Shown: positions 40,101 to 53,499 of the stretch, piece after piece
Numbering within the stretch: the stretch's first letter is position 1
How the letters are laid out: the number at the start of each line of letters is the position of its first letter
Assembly: GCA_040954595.2 (NCBI GenBank)
Contig: CM082591.2
Span: 10,743,309 to 10,807,308 of the forward strand
Direction of reading: 5' to 3'
DNA: 64,000 nucleotides
Source: Balanoglossus misakiensis
Lineage: Eukaryota > Animalia > Hemichordata
Program-made: the position numbers and the translations under genes
The notes under the pieces: model-generated
What the model was told of the DNA's origin: nothing
The model's database searches: none
Seen by the model: the letters and a program-made list of their open reading frames with translations, nothing else

Positions 40101-43100
40101 TAGGCCTATTAATGTGTTCTGCGCATCACAACAGAATTCGGTAAACAAACGAGGCTGTGTTTGGAAGCAACCATGGAAACTTTAGAACTATCCGTCGATC
40201 TACAGAGTCTAGTGGAAAACTTTCTTATCCTCATAGACCTATCATGTGTTCTGCGCATCACAACAGAATTTTGTAAACAAACGAGGCTGTGTTTCGAAGC
40301 AACCATGGAAACTTTAGAACTATCCGTCGATCTACAGATTCTATACTAGTGGAAAACTTTCTTATGCGCATAGGCCTATCATGTGTTCTGCGCATCACAA
40401 CAGATTTCCTTAAATAAACGAGGCTGTGTTTGGAAGCATCCATGGAAATTTTAGAACTATCCGTCGATCGACAGAGTTTATCAGAAAACTTTCTCATGCG
40501 CATAGTTCTATCGTGTGTTCTGCGCATCACAACAGATTTCCTCAAATAAACGAGGCTGTGTTTGGAAGCAACCATTGAAATTTTAGAACTACCCGTCGAT
40601 CTACTGAGTCTAGTGGAAAACTTTCTTATGCGCATAGGCCTATCCATGTGTTCTGCGCATCACAACATAATTCGATAAATAAACGAGGGTGTGTTTGGAA
40701 GCAACCATGGAATCTTTAGAACTATCCGTCGATCTACAGAGTCTAGTGGAAAACTTTCTTATGCGCATAGACCTATCATGTGTTCTGCGCATCACAGCAG
40801 AATTTTGTAAACAAACGAGGCCGTGTTTCGAAGCAACCATGGAAACTTTAGAACTATCCGTCGATCTATAGAGTCCAGTGGAAAACTTTCTTATCCTCAT
40901 AGGGCTATCATGTGTTCTGCGCATCACAACAGAATTTTGTAAACAAACGAGGCTGTGTTTGGAAGCAACCATGGAAACTTTAGAACTATCCGTCGATCTA
41001 CAGAGTCTAGTGGAAAACTTTCTTATGCGCATAGACCTATCATGTGTTCTGCGCATCACAACAGAATTTTGTAAACAAACTAGGCTGTGTTTCGTGGCAA
41101 CCATGGAAACTTTAGAACTATCCGTCGATCTATAGAGTCCAGTGGAAAACATTCTTATCCTCATAGGGCTATCATGTGTTCTGCGCATCACAACAGAATT
41201 TTGTAAAAAAACGAGGCTGTGTTTGGAAGCTACCATGGAAACTTTAGAACTATCCGTCGATCTACAGAGTCTAGTGGAAAACTTTCTTATCCTCATAGAC
41301 CTATCATGTGTTCTGCGCATCACAACAGAATTTTGTAAACAAACGAGGCTGTGTTTGGAAGCAACCATGGTAACTTTAGAACTATCCGTCGATCTACAGA
41401 GTCTAGTGGAAAAGTTTCTTATCCTCATAGGCCTATCATTTGTTCTGCGCATCACAACAGAATATTGTAAACAAACGAGGCTGTGTTTGGAAGCAACCAT
41501 GGAAACTTTAGAACTATCCGTCGATCTACAGAGTCTAGTGGAAAACTTTCGTATCCTCATAGACCTATCATGTGTTCTGCGCATCACAACATAATTTTGT
41601 AAACAAACGAGGCTGTGTTTCGAAGCAACCATGGAAACTTTAGAACTATCCGTCGATCTACAGATTCTATACTAGTGGAAAACTTTCTTATGCGCATAGG
41701 CCTATCATGTGTTCTGCGCATCACAACAGATTTCCTTAAATAAACGAGGCTGTGTTTGGAAGCATCCATGGAAATTTTAGAACTATCCGTCGATCGACAG
41801 AGTTTATCAGAAAACTTTCTCATGCGCATAGTTCTATCGTGTGTTCTGCGCATCACAACAGATTTCCTCAAATAAACGAGGCTGTGTTTGGAAGCAACCA
41901 TTGAAATTTTAGAACTACCCGTCGATCTACTGAGTCTAGTGGAAAACTTTCTTATGCGCATAGGCCTATCCATGTGTTCTGCGCATCACAACATAATTCG
42001 ATAAATAAACGAGGGTGTGTTTGGAAGCAACCATGGAATCTTTAGAACTATCCGTCGATCTACAGAGTCTAGTGGAAAACTTTCTTATGCGCATAGACCT
42101 ATCATGTGTTCTGCGCATCACAGCAGAATTTTGTAAACAAACGAGGCCGTGTTTCGAAGCAACCATGGAAACTTTAGAACTATCCGTCGATCTATAGAGT
42201 CCAGTGGAAAACTTTCTTATCCTCATAGGGCTATCATGTGTTCTGCGCATCACAACAGAATTTTGTAAACAAACGAGGCTGTGTTTGGAAGCAACCATGG
42301 AAACTTTAGAACTATCCGTCGATCTACAGAGTCTAGTGGAAAACTTTCTTATGCGCATAGACCTATCATGTGTTCTGCGCATCACAACAGAATTTTGTAA
42401 ACAAACTAGGCTGTGTTTCGTGGCAACCATGGAAACTTTAGAACTATCCGTCGATCTATAGAGTCCAGTGGAAAACATTCTTATCCTCATAGGGCTATCA
42501 TGTGTTCTGCGCATCACAACAGAATTTTGTAAAAAAACGAGGCTGTGTTTGGAAGCAACCATGGAAACTTTAGAACTATCCGTCGATCTACAGAGTCTAG
42601 TGGAAAACTTTCTTATCCTCATAGACCTATCATGTGTTCTGCGCATCACAACAGAATTTTGTAAACAAACGAGGCTGTGTTTGGAAGCAACCATGGTAAC
42701 TTTAGAACTATCCGTCGATCTACAGAGTCTAGTGGAAAAGTTTCTTATCCTCATAGGCCTATCATTTGTTCTGCGCATCACAACAGAATATTGTAAACAA
42801 ACGAGGCTGTGTTTGGAAGCAACCATGGAAACTTTAGAACTATCCGTCGATCTACAGAGTCTAGTGGAAAACTTTCGTATCCTCATAGACCTATCATGTG
42901 TTCTGCGCATCACAACATAATTTTGTAAACAAACGAGGCTGTGTTTCGAAGCAACCATGGAAACTTTAGAACTATCCGTCGATCTACAGATTCTATACTA
43001 GTGGAAAACTTTCTTATGCGCATAGGCCTATCATGTGTTCTGCGCATCACAACAGATTTCCTTAAATAAACGAGGCTGTGTTTGGAAGCATCCATGGAAA

Positions 43101-46100
43101 TTTTAGAACTATCCGTCGATCGACAGAGTTTATCAGAAAACTTTCTCATGCGCATAGGTCTATCGTATGTTCTGCGCATCACAACAGATTTCCTCAAATA
43201 AACGAGGCTGTGTTTGGAAGCAACCATGGAGTTTTAGAACTACCCGTCGATCTACTGAGTCTAGTGGAAAACTTTCTTATGCGCATAGGCCTATCTATGT
43301 GTTCTGCGCATCACAACATAATTCGGTAAATAAACGAGGGTGTGTTTGGAAGCAACCATGGAAACTTTAGAACTATCCGTCGATCTACAGAGTCTAGTGG
43401 AAAACTTTCTGATGCGCATAGACCTATCATGTGTTCTGCGCATCACAGCAGAATTTTGTAAACAAACGAGGCCGTGTTTCGAAGCAACCATGGAAACTTT
43501 AGAACTATCCGTCGATCTACAGAGTCTAGAGGAAAACTTTCTTATCCTCATAGGCCTATCATGTGTTCTGCGCATCACAACAGAATTTTGTAAACAAACG
43601 AGGCTGTGTTTCGAAGCAACCATGGAAACTTTAGAACTATCCGTCGATCTATAGAGTCCAGTGGAAAACTTTCTTATCCTCATAGGGCTATCATGTGTTC
43701 TGCGCATCACAACAGAATTTAGTAAACAAACGAGGCTGTGTTTGGAAGCAACCATGGAAACTTTAGAACTATCCGTCGATCTACAGAGTCTAGTGGAAAA
43801 CTTTCTTATGCGCATAGACCTATCATGTGTTCTGCGCATCACAACAGAATTTTGTAAACAAACGAGGCTGTGTTTCGAAGCAACCATGGAAACTTTAGAA
43901 CTATCCGTCGATCTATAGAGTCCAGTGGAAAACATTCTTATCCTCATAGGGCTATCATGTGTTCTGCGCATCACAACAGAATTTTGTAAACAAACGAGGC
44001 TGTGTTTGGAAGCAACCATGGAAACTTTAGAACTATCCGTCGATCTACAGAGTCTAGTGGAAAACTTTCTTATGCGCATAGACCTATCATATGTCCTGCG
44101 CATCACAACAGAATTCAATTAATAAACGTGGCTGTGTTTGGAAGCAACCATGGAAATTTTAGAACTATCCGTCGATCTACAGTGTCTAGTGGAAAACTTT
44201 CTTATCCTCGTAGGCCTATCATGTGTTCTGCGCATCACAACAGAATTTTGTAAACAAACGAGGCTGTGTTTGGAAGCAACAATGGAAACTTTAGAACTAT
44301 CTGTCGATCTACAGAGTCTAGTGGAAAACTTTCTTATGCGCATAGACCTATCATGTGTTCTGCGCATCACAACAGAATTTTGTAAACAAACGAGGCTGTG
44401 TTTGGAAGCAACCATGGAAACTTTAGAACTATCCGTCGATCTACAGAGTCTAGTGGAAAACTCTCTTATGCGCATAGACCTATCATGTGTTCTGCGCATC
44501 ACAACAGAATTTTGTAAACAAACGAGGCTGTGTTTGGAAGCAACCATGGAAACTTTAGAACTATCCGTCGATCTACAGAGTCTAGTGGAAAACTTTCTTA
44601 TCCTCATAGACCTATCATGTGTTCTGCGCATCACAACAGAATTTTGTAAACAAACGAGGCTGTGTTTGGAAGCAACCATGGAAACTTTAGAACTATCCGT
44701 CGATCGACAGAGTCTATCAGAAAACTTTCTCATGCGCATAGGTCTATCGTGTGTTCTGCGCATCACAACAGATTTCCTCAAATAAACGAGGCTGTGTTTG
44801 GAAGCAACCATGGAAATTTTAGAACTACCCGTCGATCTACTGAGTCTAGTGGAAAACTTTCTTATGCGCATAGGCCTATCTATGTGTTCTGCGCATCACA
44901 ACATAATTCGGTAAATAAACGAGGGTGTGTTTGGAAGCAACCATGGAAACTTTAGAACTATCCGTCGATCTACAGAGTCTAGTGGAAAACTTTCTGATGC
45001 GCATAGACCTATCATGTGTTCTGCGCATCACAGCAGAATTTTGTAAACAAACGAGGCCGTGTTTCGAAGCAACCATGGAAACTTTAGAACTATCCGTCGA
45101 TCTACAGAGTCTAGTGGAAAACTTTCGTATCCTCATAGACCTATCATGTGTTCTGCGCATCACAACATAATTTTGTAAACAAACGAGGCTGTGTTTCGAA
45201 GCAACCATGGAAACTTTAGAACTATCCGTCGATCTACAGATTCTATACTAGTGGAAAACTTTCTTATGCGCATAGGCCTATCATGTGTTCTGCGCATCAC
45301 AACAGATTTCCTTAAATAAACGAGGCTGTGTTTGGAAGCATCCATGGAAATTTTAGAACTATCCGTCGATCGACAGAGTTTATCAGAAAACTTTCTCATG
45401 CGCATAGGTCTATCGTATGTTCTGCGCATCACAACAGATTTCCTCAAATAAACGAGGCTGTGTTTGGAAGCAACCATGGAAACTTTAGAACTATCCGTCG
45501 ATCTACAGAGTCTAGTGGAAAACTTTCTTATCCTCATAGACCTATCATGTGTTCTGCGCATCACAACAGAATTTTGTAAACAAACGAGGCTGTGTTTGGA
45601 AGCAACCATGGAAACTTTAGAACTATCCGTCGATCGACAGAGTCTATCAGAAAACTTTCTCATGCGCATAGGTCTATCGTGTGTTCTGCGCATCACAACA
45701 GATTTCCTCAAATAAACGAGGCTGTGTTTGGAAGCAACCATGGAAATTTTAGAACTACCCGTCGATCTACTGAGTCTAGTGGAAAACTTTCTTATGCGCA
45801 TAGGCCTATCTATGTGTTCTGCGCATCACAACATAATTCGGTAAATAAACGAGGGTGTGTTTGGAAGCAACCATGGAAACTTTAGAACTATCCGTCGATC
45901 TACAGAGTCTAGTGGAAAACTTTCTGATGCGCATAGACCTATCATGTGTTCTGCGCTTCACAGCAGAATTTTGTAAACAAACGAGGCCGTGTTTCGAAGC
46001 AACCATGGAAACTTTAGAACTATCCGTCGATCTACAGAGTCTAGTGGAAAACTTTCGTATCCTCATAGACCTATCATGTGTTCTGCGCATCACAACATAA

Positions 46101-48030
46101 TTTTGTAAACAAACGAGGCTGTGTTTCGAAGCAACCATGGAAACTTTAGAACTATCCGTCGATCTACAGATTCTATACTAGTGGAAAACTTTCTTATGCG
46201 CATAGGCCTATCATGTGTTCTGCGCATCACAACAGATTTCCTTAAATAAACGAGGCTGTGTTTGGAAGCATCCATGGAAATTTTAGAACTATCCGTCGAT
46301 CGACAGAGTTTATCAGAAAACTTTCTCATGCGCATAGGTCTATCGTATGTTCTGCGCATCACAACAGATTTCCTCAAATAAACGAGGCTGTGTTTGGAAG
46401 CAACCATGGAAATTTTAGAACTACCCGTCGATCTACTGAGTCTAGTGGAAAACTTTCTTATGCGCATAGGCCTATCTATGTGTTCTGCGCATCACAACAT
46501 AATTCGGTAAATAAACGAGGGTGTGTTTGGAAGCAACCATGGAAACTTTAGAACTATCCGTCGATCTACAGAGTCTAGTGGAAAACTTTCTTATGCGCAT
46601 AGACCTATCATATGTCCTGCGCATCACAACAGAATTCAATTAATAAACGTGGCTGTGTTTGGAAGCAACCATGGAAATTTTAGAACTATCCGTCGATCTA
46701 CAGTGTCTTGTGGAAAACTTTCTTATCCTCGTAGGCCTATCATGTGTTCTGCGCATCACAACAGAATTTTGTAAACAAACGAGGCTGTGTTTGGAAGCAA
46801 CAATGGAAACTTTAGAACTATCTGTCGATCTACAGAGTCTAGTGGAAAACTTTCTTATGCGCATAGACCTATCATGTGTTCTGCGCATCACAACAGAATT
46901 TTGTAAACAAACGAGGCTGTGTTTGGAAGCAACCATGGAAACTTTAGAACTATCCGTCGATCTACAGAGTCTAGTGGAAAACTCTCTTATGCGCATAGAC
47001 CTATCATGTGTTCTGCGCATCACAACAGAATTTTGTAAACAAACGAGGCTGTGTTTGGAAGCAACCATGGAAACTTTAGAACTATCCGTCGATCTACAGA
47101 GTCTAGTGGAAAACTTTCTTATCCTCATAGACCTATCATGTGTTCTGCGCATCACAACAGAATTTTGTAAACAAACGAGGCTGTGTTTGGAAGCAACCAT
47201 GGAAACTTTAGAACTATCCGTCGATCGACAGAGTCTATCAGAAAACTTTCTCATGCGCATAGGTCTATCGTGTGTTCTGCGCATCACAACAGATTTCCTC
47301 AAATAAACGAGGCTGTGTTTGGAAGCAACCATGGAAATTTTAGAACTACCCGTCGATCTACTGAGTCTAGTGGAAAACTTTCTTATGCGCATAGGCCTAT
47401 CTATGTGTTCTGCGCATCACAACATAATTCGGTAAATAAACGAGGGTGTGTTTGGAAGCAACCATGGAAACTTTAGAACTATCCGTCGATCTACAGAGTC
47501 TAGTGGAAAACTTTCTGATGCGCATAGACCTATCATGTGTTCTGCGCATCACAGCAGAATTTTGTAAACAAACGAGGCCGTGTTTCGAAGCAACCATGGA
47601 AACTTTAGAACTATCCGTCGATCTACAGAGTCTAGAGGAAAACTTTCTTATCCTCATAGGCCTATCATGTGTTCTGCGCATCACAACAGAATTTTGTAAA
47701 CAAACGAGGCTGTGTTTGGAAGCAACCATGGAAACTTTAGAACTATCCGTCGATCTACAGAGTCTAGTGGAAAACTTTCTTATGCGCATAGACCTATCAT
47801 GTGTTCTGCGCATCACAACAGAATTTTGTAAACAAACGAGGCTGTGTTTCGAAGCAACCATGGAAACTTTAGAACTATCCGTCGATCTATAGAGTCCAGT
47901 GGAAAACTTTCTTATTCTCATAGGGCTATCATGTGTTCTGCGCATCACAACAGAATTTTGTAAACAAACGAGGCTGTGTTTGGAAGCAACCATGGAAACT
48001 TTAGAACTATCCGTCGATCTACAGAGTCTA
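33001..48030. repeat. Tandem duplication of a 6759-bp (51-monomer) block; the second copy is longer by a 10-mer duplication and one extra monomer
   Basis: The offset is 6759 for 33001/39760 and 33881/40640, 8085 (=6759+1326) for 34993/43078, and 8216 (=8085+132-1) for 35786/44002, 36944/45160, 38042/46258 and 39230/47446. Confidence 0.88.
40270..43150. repeat. Tandem duplication of a 1326-bp (10-monomer) block
   Basis: ORF pairs 40258/41584, 40640/41966 and 41142/42468 are offset by 1326. Private variants catagttcta, cctatccatg, aaactaggc and gtaaaaaaac are shared. Confidence 0.9.
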
Positions 48031-48289
48031 GTGGAAAACTTTCTTATGCGCATAGACCTATCATGTGTTCTGCGCATCACAACAGAATTTTGTAAACAAA
48101 CGAGGCTGTGTTTGGAAGCAACCATGGAAACTTTAGAACTATCCGTCGATCGACAGAGTCTATCAGAAAACTTTCTCATGCGCATAGGTCTATCGTGTGT
48201 TCTGCGCATCACAACAGATTTCCTCAAATAAACGAGGCTGTGTTTGGAAGCAACCATGGAAATTTTAGAACTACCCGTCGATCTACTGA

Positions 48290-51200
48290 GTCTAGTGGAA
48301 AACTTTCTTATGCGCATAGGCCTATCTGTGTGTTCTGCGCATCACAACATAATTCGGTAAATAAACGAGGGTGTGTTTGGAAGCAACCATGGAAACTTTA
48401 GAACTATCCGTCGATCTACAGAGTCTAGTGGAAAACTTTCTGATGCGCATAGACCTATCATGTGTTCTGCGCATCACAGCAGAATTTTGTAAACAAACGA
48501 GGCCGTGTTTCGAAGCAACCATGGAAACTTTAGAACTATCCGTCGATCTACAGAGTCTAGAGGAAAACTTTCTTATCCTCATAGGCCTATCATGTGTTCT
48601 GCGCATCACAACAGAATTTTGTAAACAAACGAGGCTGTGTTTGGAAGCAACCATGGAAACTTTAGAACTATCCGTCGATCTACAGAGTCTAGTGGAAAAC
48701 TTTCTTATGCGCATAGACCTATCATGTGTTCTGCGCATCACAACAGAATTTTGTAAACAAACGAGGCTGTGTTTCGAAGCAACCATGGAAACTTTAGAAC
48801 TATCCGTCGATCTATAGAGTCCAGTGGAAAACTTTCTTATCCTCATAGGGCTATCATGTGTTCTGCGCATCACAACAGAATTTTGTAAACAAACGAGGCT
48901 GTGTTTGGAAGCAACCATGGAAACTTTAGAACTATCCGTCGATCTACAGAGTCTAGTGGAAAACTTTCTTGTGCGCATAGACCTATCATGTGTTCTGCGC
49001 ATCACAGCAGAATTTTGTAAACAAACGAGGCTGTGTTTCGAAGCAACCATGGAAACTTTAGAACTATCCGTCGATCTATAGAGTCCAGTGGAAAACATTC
49101 TTATCCTCATAGGGCTATCATGTGTTCTGCGCATCACAACAGAATTTTGTAAACAAACGAGGCTGTGTTTGGAAGCAACCATGGAAACTTTAGAACTATC
49201 CGTCGATCTACAGAGTCTAGTGGAAAACTTTCTTATGCGCATAGACCTATCATATGTCCTGCGCATCACAACAGAATTCAATTAATAAACGTGGCTGTGT
49301 TTGGAAGCAACCATGGAAATTTTAGAACTATCCGTCGATCTACAGTGTCTAGTGGAAAACTTTCTTATCCTCGTAGGCCTATCATGTGTTCTGCGCATCA
49401 CAACAGAATTTTGTAAACAAACGAGGCTGTGTTTGGAAGCAACAATGGAAACTTTAGAACTATCTGTCGATCTACAGAGTCTAGTGGAAAACTTTCTTAT
49501 GTGCATAGACCTATCATGTGTTCTGCGCATCACAACAGAATTTTGTAAACAAACGAGGCTGTGTTTGGAAGCAACCATGGAAACTTTAGAACTATCCGTC
49601 GATCTACAGAGTCTAGTGGAAAACTCTCTTATGCGCATAGACCTATCATGTGTTCTGCGCATCACAACAGAATTTTGTAAACAAACGAGGCTGTGTTTGG
49701 AAGCAACCATGGAAACTTTAGAACTATCCGTCGATCTACAGAGTCTAGTGGAAAACTTTCTTATCCTCATAGACCTATCATGTGTTCTGCGCATCACAAC
49801 AGAATTTTGTAAACAAACGAGGCTTTGTTTGGAAGCAACCATGGTAACTTTAGAACTATCCGTCGATCTACAGAGTCTAGTCGAAAAGTTTCTTATCCTC
49901 GTAGGCCTATCATTTGTTCTGCGCATCACAACAGAATATTGTAAACAAACGAGGCTGTGTTTGGAAGCAACCATGGAAACTTTAGAACTATCCGTCGATC
50001 TACAGAGTCTAGTGGAAAACTTTCGTATCCTCATAGACCTATCATGTGTTCTGCGCATCACAACATAATTTTGTAAACAAACGAGGCTGTGTTTCGAAGC
50101 AACCATGGAAACTTTAGAACTATCCGTCGATCTACAGATTCTATACTAGTGGAAAACTTTCTTATGCGCATAGGCCTATCATGTGTTCTGCGCATCACAA
50201 CAGATTTCCTTAAATAAACGAGGCTGTGTTTGGAAGCATCCATGGAAATTTTAGAACTATCCGTCGATCTACTGAGTCTAGTGGAAAACTTTCTTATGCG
50301 CATAGGCCTATCTATGTGTTCTGCGCATCACAACATAATTCGGTAAATAAACGAGGGTGTGTTTGGAAGCAACCATGGAAACTTTAGAACTATCCGTCGA
50401 TCTACAGAGTCTAGTGGAAAACTTTCTGATGCGCATAGACCTATCATGTGTTCTGCGCATCACAGCAGAATTTTGTAAACAAACGAGGCCGTGTTTCGAA
50501 GCAACCATGGAAACTTTAGAACTATCCGTCGATCTACAGAGTCTAGAGGAAAACTTTCTTATCCTCATAGGCCTATCATGTGTTCTGCGCATCACAACAG
50601 AATTTTGTAAACAAACGAGGCTGTGTTTGGAAGCAACCATGGAAACTTTAGAACTATCCGTCGATCTACAGAGTCTAGTGGAAAACTTTCTTATGCGCAT
50701 AGACCTATCATGTGTTCTGCGCATCAAAACAGAATTTTGTAAACAAACGAGGCTGTGTTTCGAAGCAACCATGGAAACTTTAGAACTATCCGTCGATCTA
50801 TAGAGTCCAGTGGAAAACTTTCTTATCCTCATAGGGCTATCATGTGTTCTGCGCATCACAACAGAATTTTGTAAACAAACGAGGCTGTGTTTGGAAGCAA
50901 CCATGGAAACTTTAGAACTATCCGTCGATCTACAGAGTCTAGTGGAAAACTTTCTTATGCGCATAGACCTATCATGTGTTCTGCGCATCACAACAGAATT
51001 TTGTAAACAAACGAGGCTGTGTTTCGAAGCAACCATGGAAACTTTAGAACTATCCGTCGATCTATAGAGTCCAGTGGAAAACATTCTTATCCTCATAGGG
51101 CTATCATGTGTTCTGCGCATCACAACAGAATTTTGTAAACAAACGAGGCTGTGTTTGGAAGCAACCATGGAAACTTTAGAACTATCCGTCGATCTACAGA

Positions 51201-51730
51201 GTCTAGTGGAAAACTTTCTTATGCGCATAGACCTATCATATGTCCTGCGCATCACAACAGAATTCAATTAATAAACGTGGCTGTGTTTGGAAGCAACCAT
51301 GGAAATTTTAGAACTATCCGTCGATCTACAGTGTCTAGTGGAAAACTTTCTTATCCTCGTAGGCCTATCATGTGTTCTGCGCATCACAACAGAATTTTTT
51401 AAACAAACGAGGCTGTGTTTGGAAGCAACAATGGAAACTTTAGAACTATCTGTCGATCTACAGAGTCTAGTGGAAAACTTTCTTATGCGCATAGACCTAT
51501 CATGTGTTCTGCGCATCACAACAGAATTTTGTAAACAAACGAGGCTGTGTTTGGAAGCAACCATGGAAACTTTAGAACTATCCGTCGATCTACAGAGTCT
51601 AGTGGAAAACACTCTTATGCGCATAGACCTATCATGTGTTCTGCGCATCACAACAGAATTTTGTAAACAAACGAGGCTGTGTTTGGAAGCAACCATGGAA
51701 ACTTTAGAACTATCCGTCGATCTACAGAGT
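48290..51730. repeat. Partial tandem duplication with a 1986-bp (15-monomer) period
   Basis: ORF pairs 48322/50308, 48824/50810 and 49165/51151 are offset by 1986 = 15x132+6. Confidence 0.82.
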
Positions 51731-53499
51731 CTAGTGGAAAACTTTCTTATGCGTATAGACCTATCATGTGTTCTGCGCATCACAACAGAATTTTGTAAAC
51801 AAACGAGGCTGTGTTTGGAAGCAACCATGGAAACTTTAGAACTATCCGTCGATCGACAGAGTCTAGTGGAAAACTTTCTTATGCACATAGGCCTATCTAT
51901 GTGTTCTGCGCATCACAACAGAATTCGGTAAATAAACGAGGCTGTGTTTGGAAGCAACCATGGAAATTTTAGAACTATCCGTCGATCTACAGAGTCTAGT
52001 GGAAAACTTTCTTATGTGCATAGGTCTATCATGTGTTCTGCGCATCACAACATAATTTTGAAAACAATCGAGGCTGTGTTTGGAAGCAACCATGGAAACT
52101 TTAGAACTATTCGTCGATCTACAGAGTCTAGTGGAAAACTTTCTTATGCGCATAGGCCTATCATGTTTTCTGCGCATCACAACAGAATTTTGTAAACAAA
52201 CGAGGCTGTGTTTGGAGGCAACAATGGAAACTTTAGAACTATCCGTCGATCTACAGAGTCTAGTGGAAAACTTTCTTATGCGCATAGACCTATCCTGTGT
52301 TCTGCGCATCACAACAGAATTTTGTAAACAAACGAGGCTGTGTTTGGAAGCAACCATGGAAACATTAGAACTATCCGTCGATCTACAGAGTCTAGTGGAA
52401 AATTTTCTTATGCGCATAGACCTATCATTTTTTCTGCGCATCACAACATAATTTTGTAAACAAACGAGGCTATGTTTGGAAGCAACCATGGAAACTTTAG
52501 AACTTTCCGTCGATCTATAGAGTCCAGTGGAAAACTTTCTTATGCGCATAGACCTATCATGTGTTCTGCGCATCACAACAGAATTTTGTAAACAAACGAG
52601 ACTGTGTTTGGAGGCAACAATGGAAACTTTAGAACTATCCGTCGATCTACAGAGTCTAGTGGAAAACTTTCTTATGCGCATAGACCTATCATGTGTTCTG
52701 CGCATCACAACAGAATTTTGTAAACAAACGAGGCTGTGTTAGGAAGCAACCATGGAAACTTTAGAACTATCCGTCGATCTACAGAGTCTAGTGGAAAACT
52801 TTCTTATGCGCATAGACCTATCATATGTTCTGCGCATCACAACAGAATTTTGTAAACAAACGAGGCTGTGTTTGGAAGCAACAATGGAAACTTTAGAACT
52901 ATCCGTCGATCTACAGAGTCTAGTGGAAAACTTTCTTATGCGCATAGACCTATCATGTGTTCTGCGCATCACAACAGAATTTTGTAAACAAACGAGACTG
53001 TGTTTGGAGGCAACAATGGAAACTTTAGAACTATCCGTCGATCTACAGAGTCTAGTGGAAAACTTTCTTATGCGCATAGACCTATCATGTGTTCTGCGCA
53101 TCACAACAGAATTTTGTAAACAAACGAGGCTGTGTTTGGAAGCAACCATGGAAACTTTAGAACTATCCGTCGATCTACAGAGTCTAGTGGAAAACTTTCT
53201 TATGCGCATAGACCTATCATATGTTCTGCGCATCACAACAGAATTTTGTAAACAAACGAGGCTGTGTTTGGAAGCAACCATGGAAACTTTAGAACTATCC
53301 GTCGATCGACAGAGTCTATCAGAAAACTTTCTCATGCGCATAGGTCTATCGTGTGTTCTGCGCATCACAACAGATTTCCTCAAATAAACGAGGCTGTGTT
53401 TGGAAGCAACCATGGAAATTTTAGAACTACCCGTCGATCTACTGAGTCTAGTGGAAAACTTTCTTATGCGCATAGGCCTATCTATGTGTTCTGCGCATC

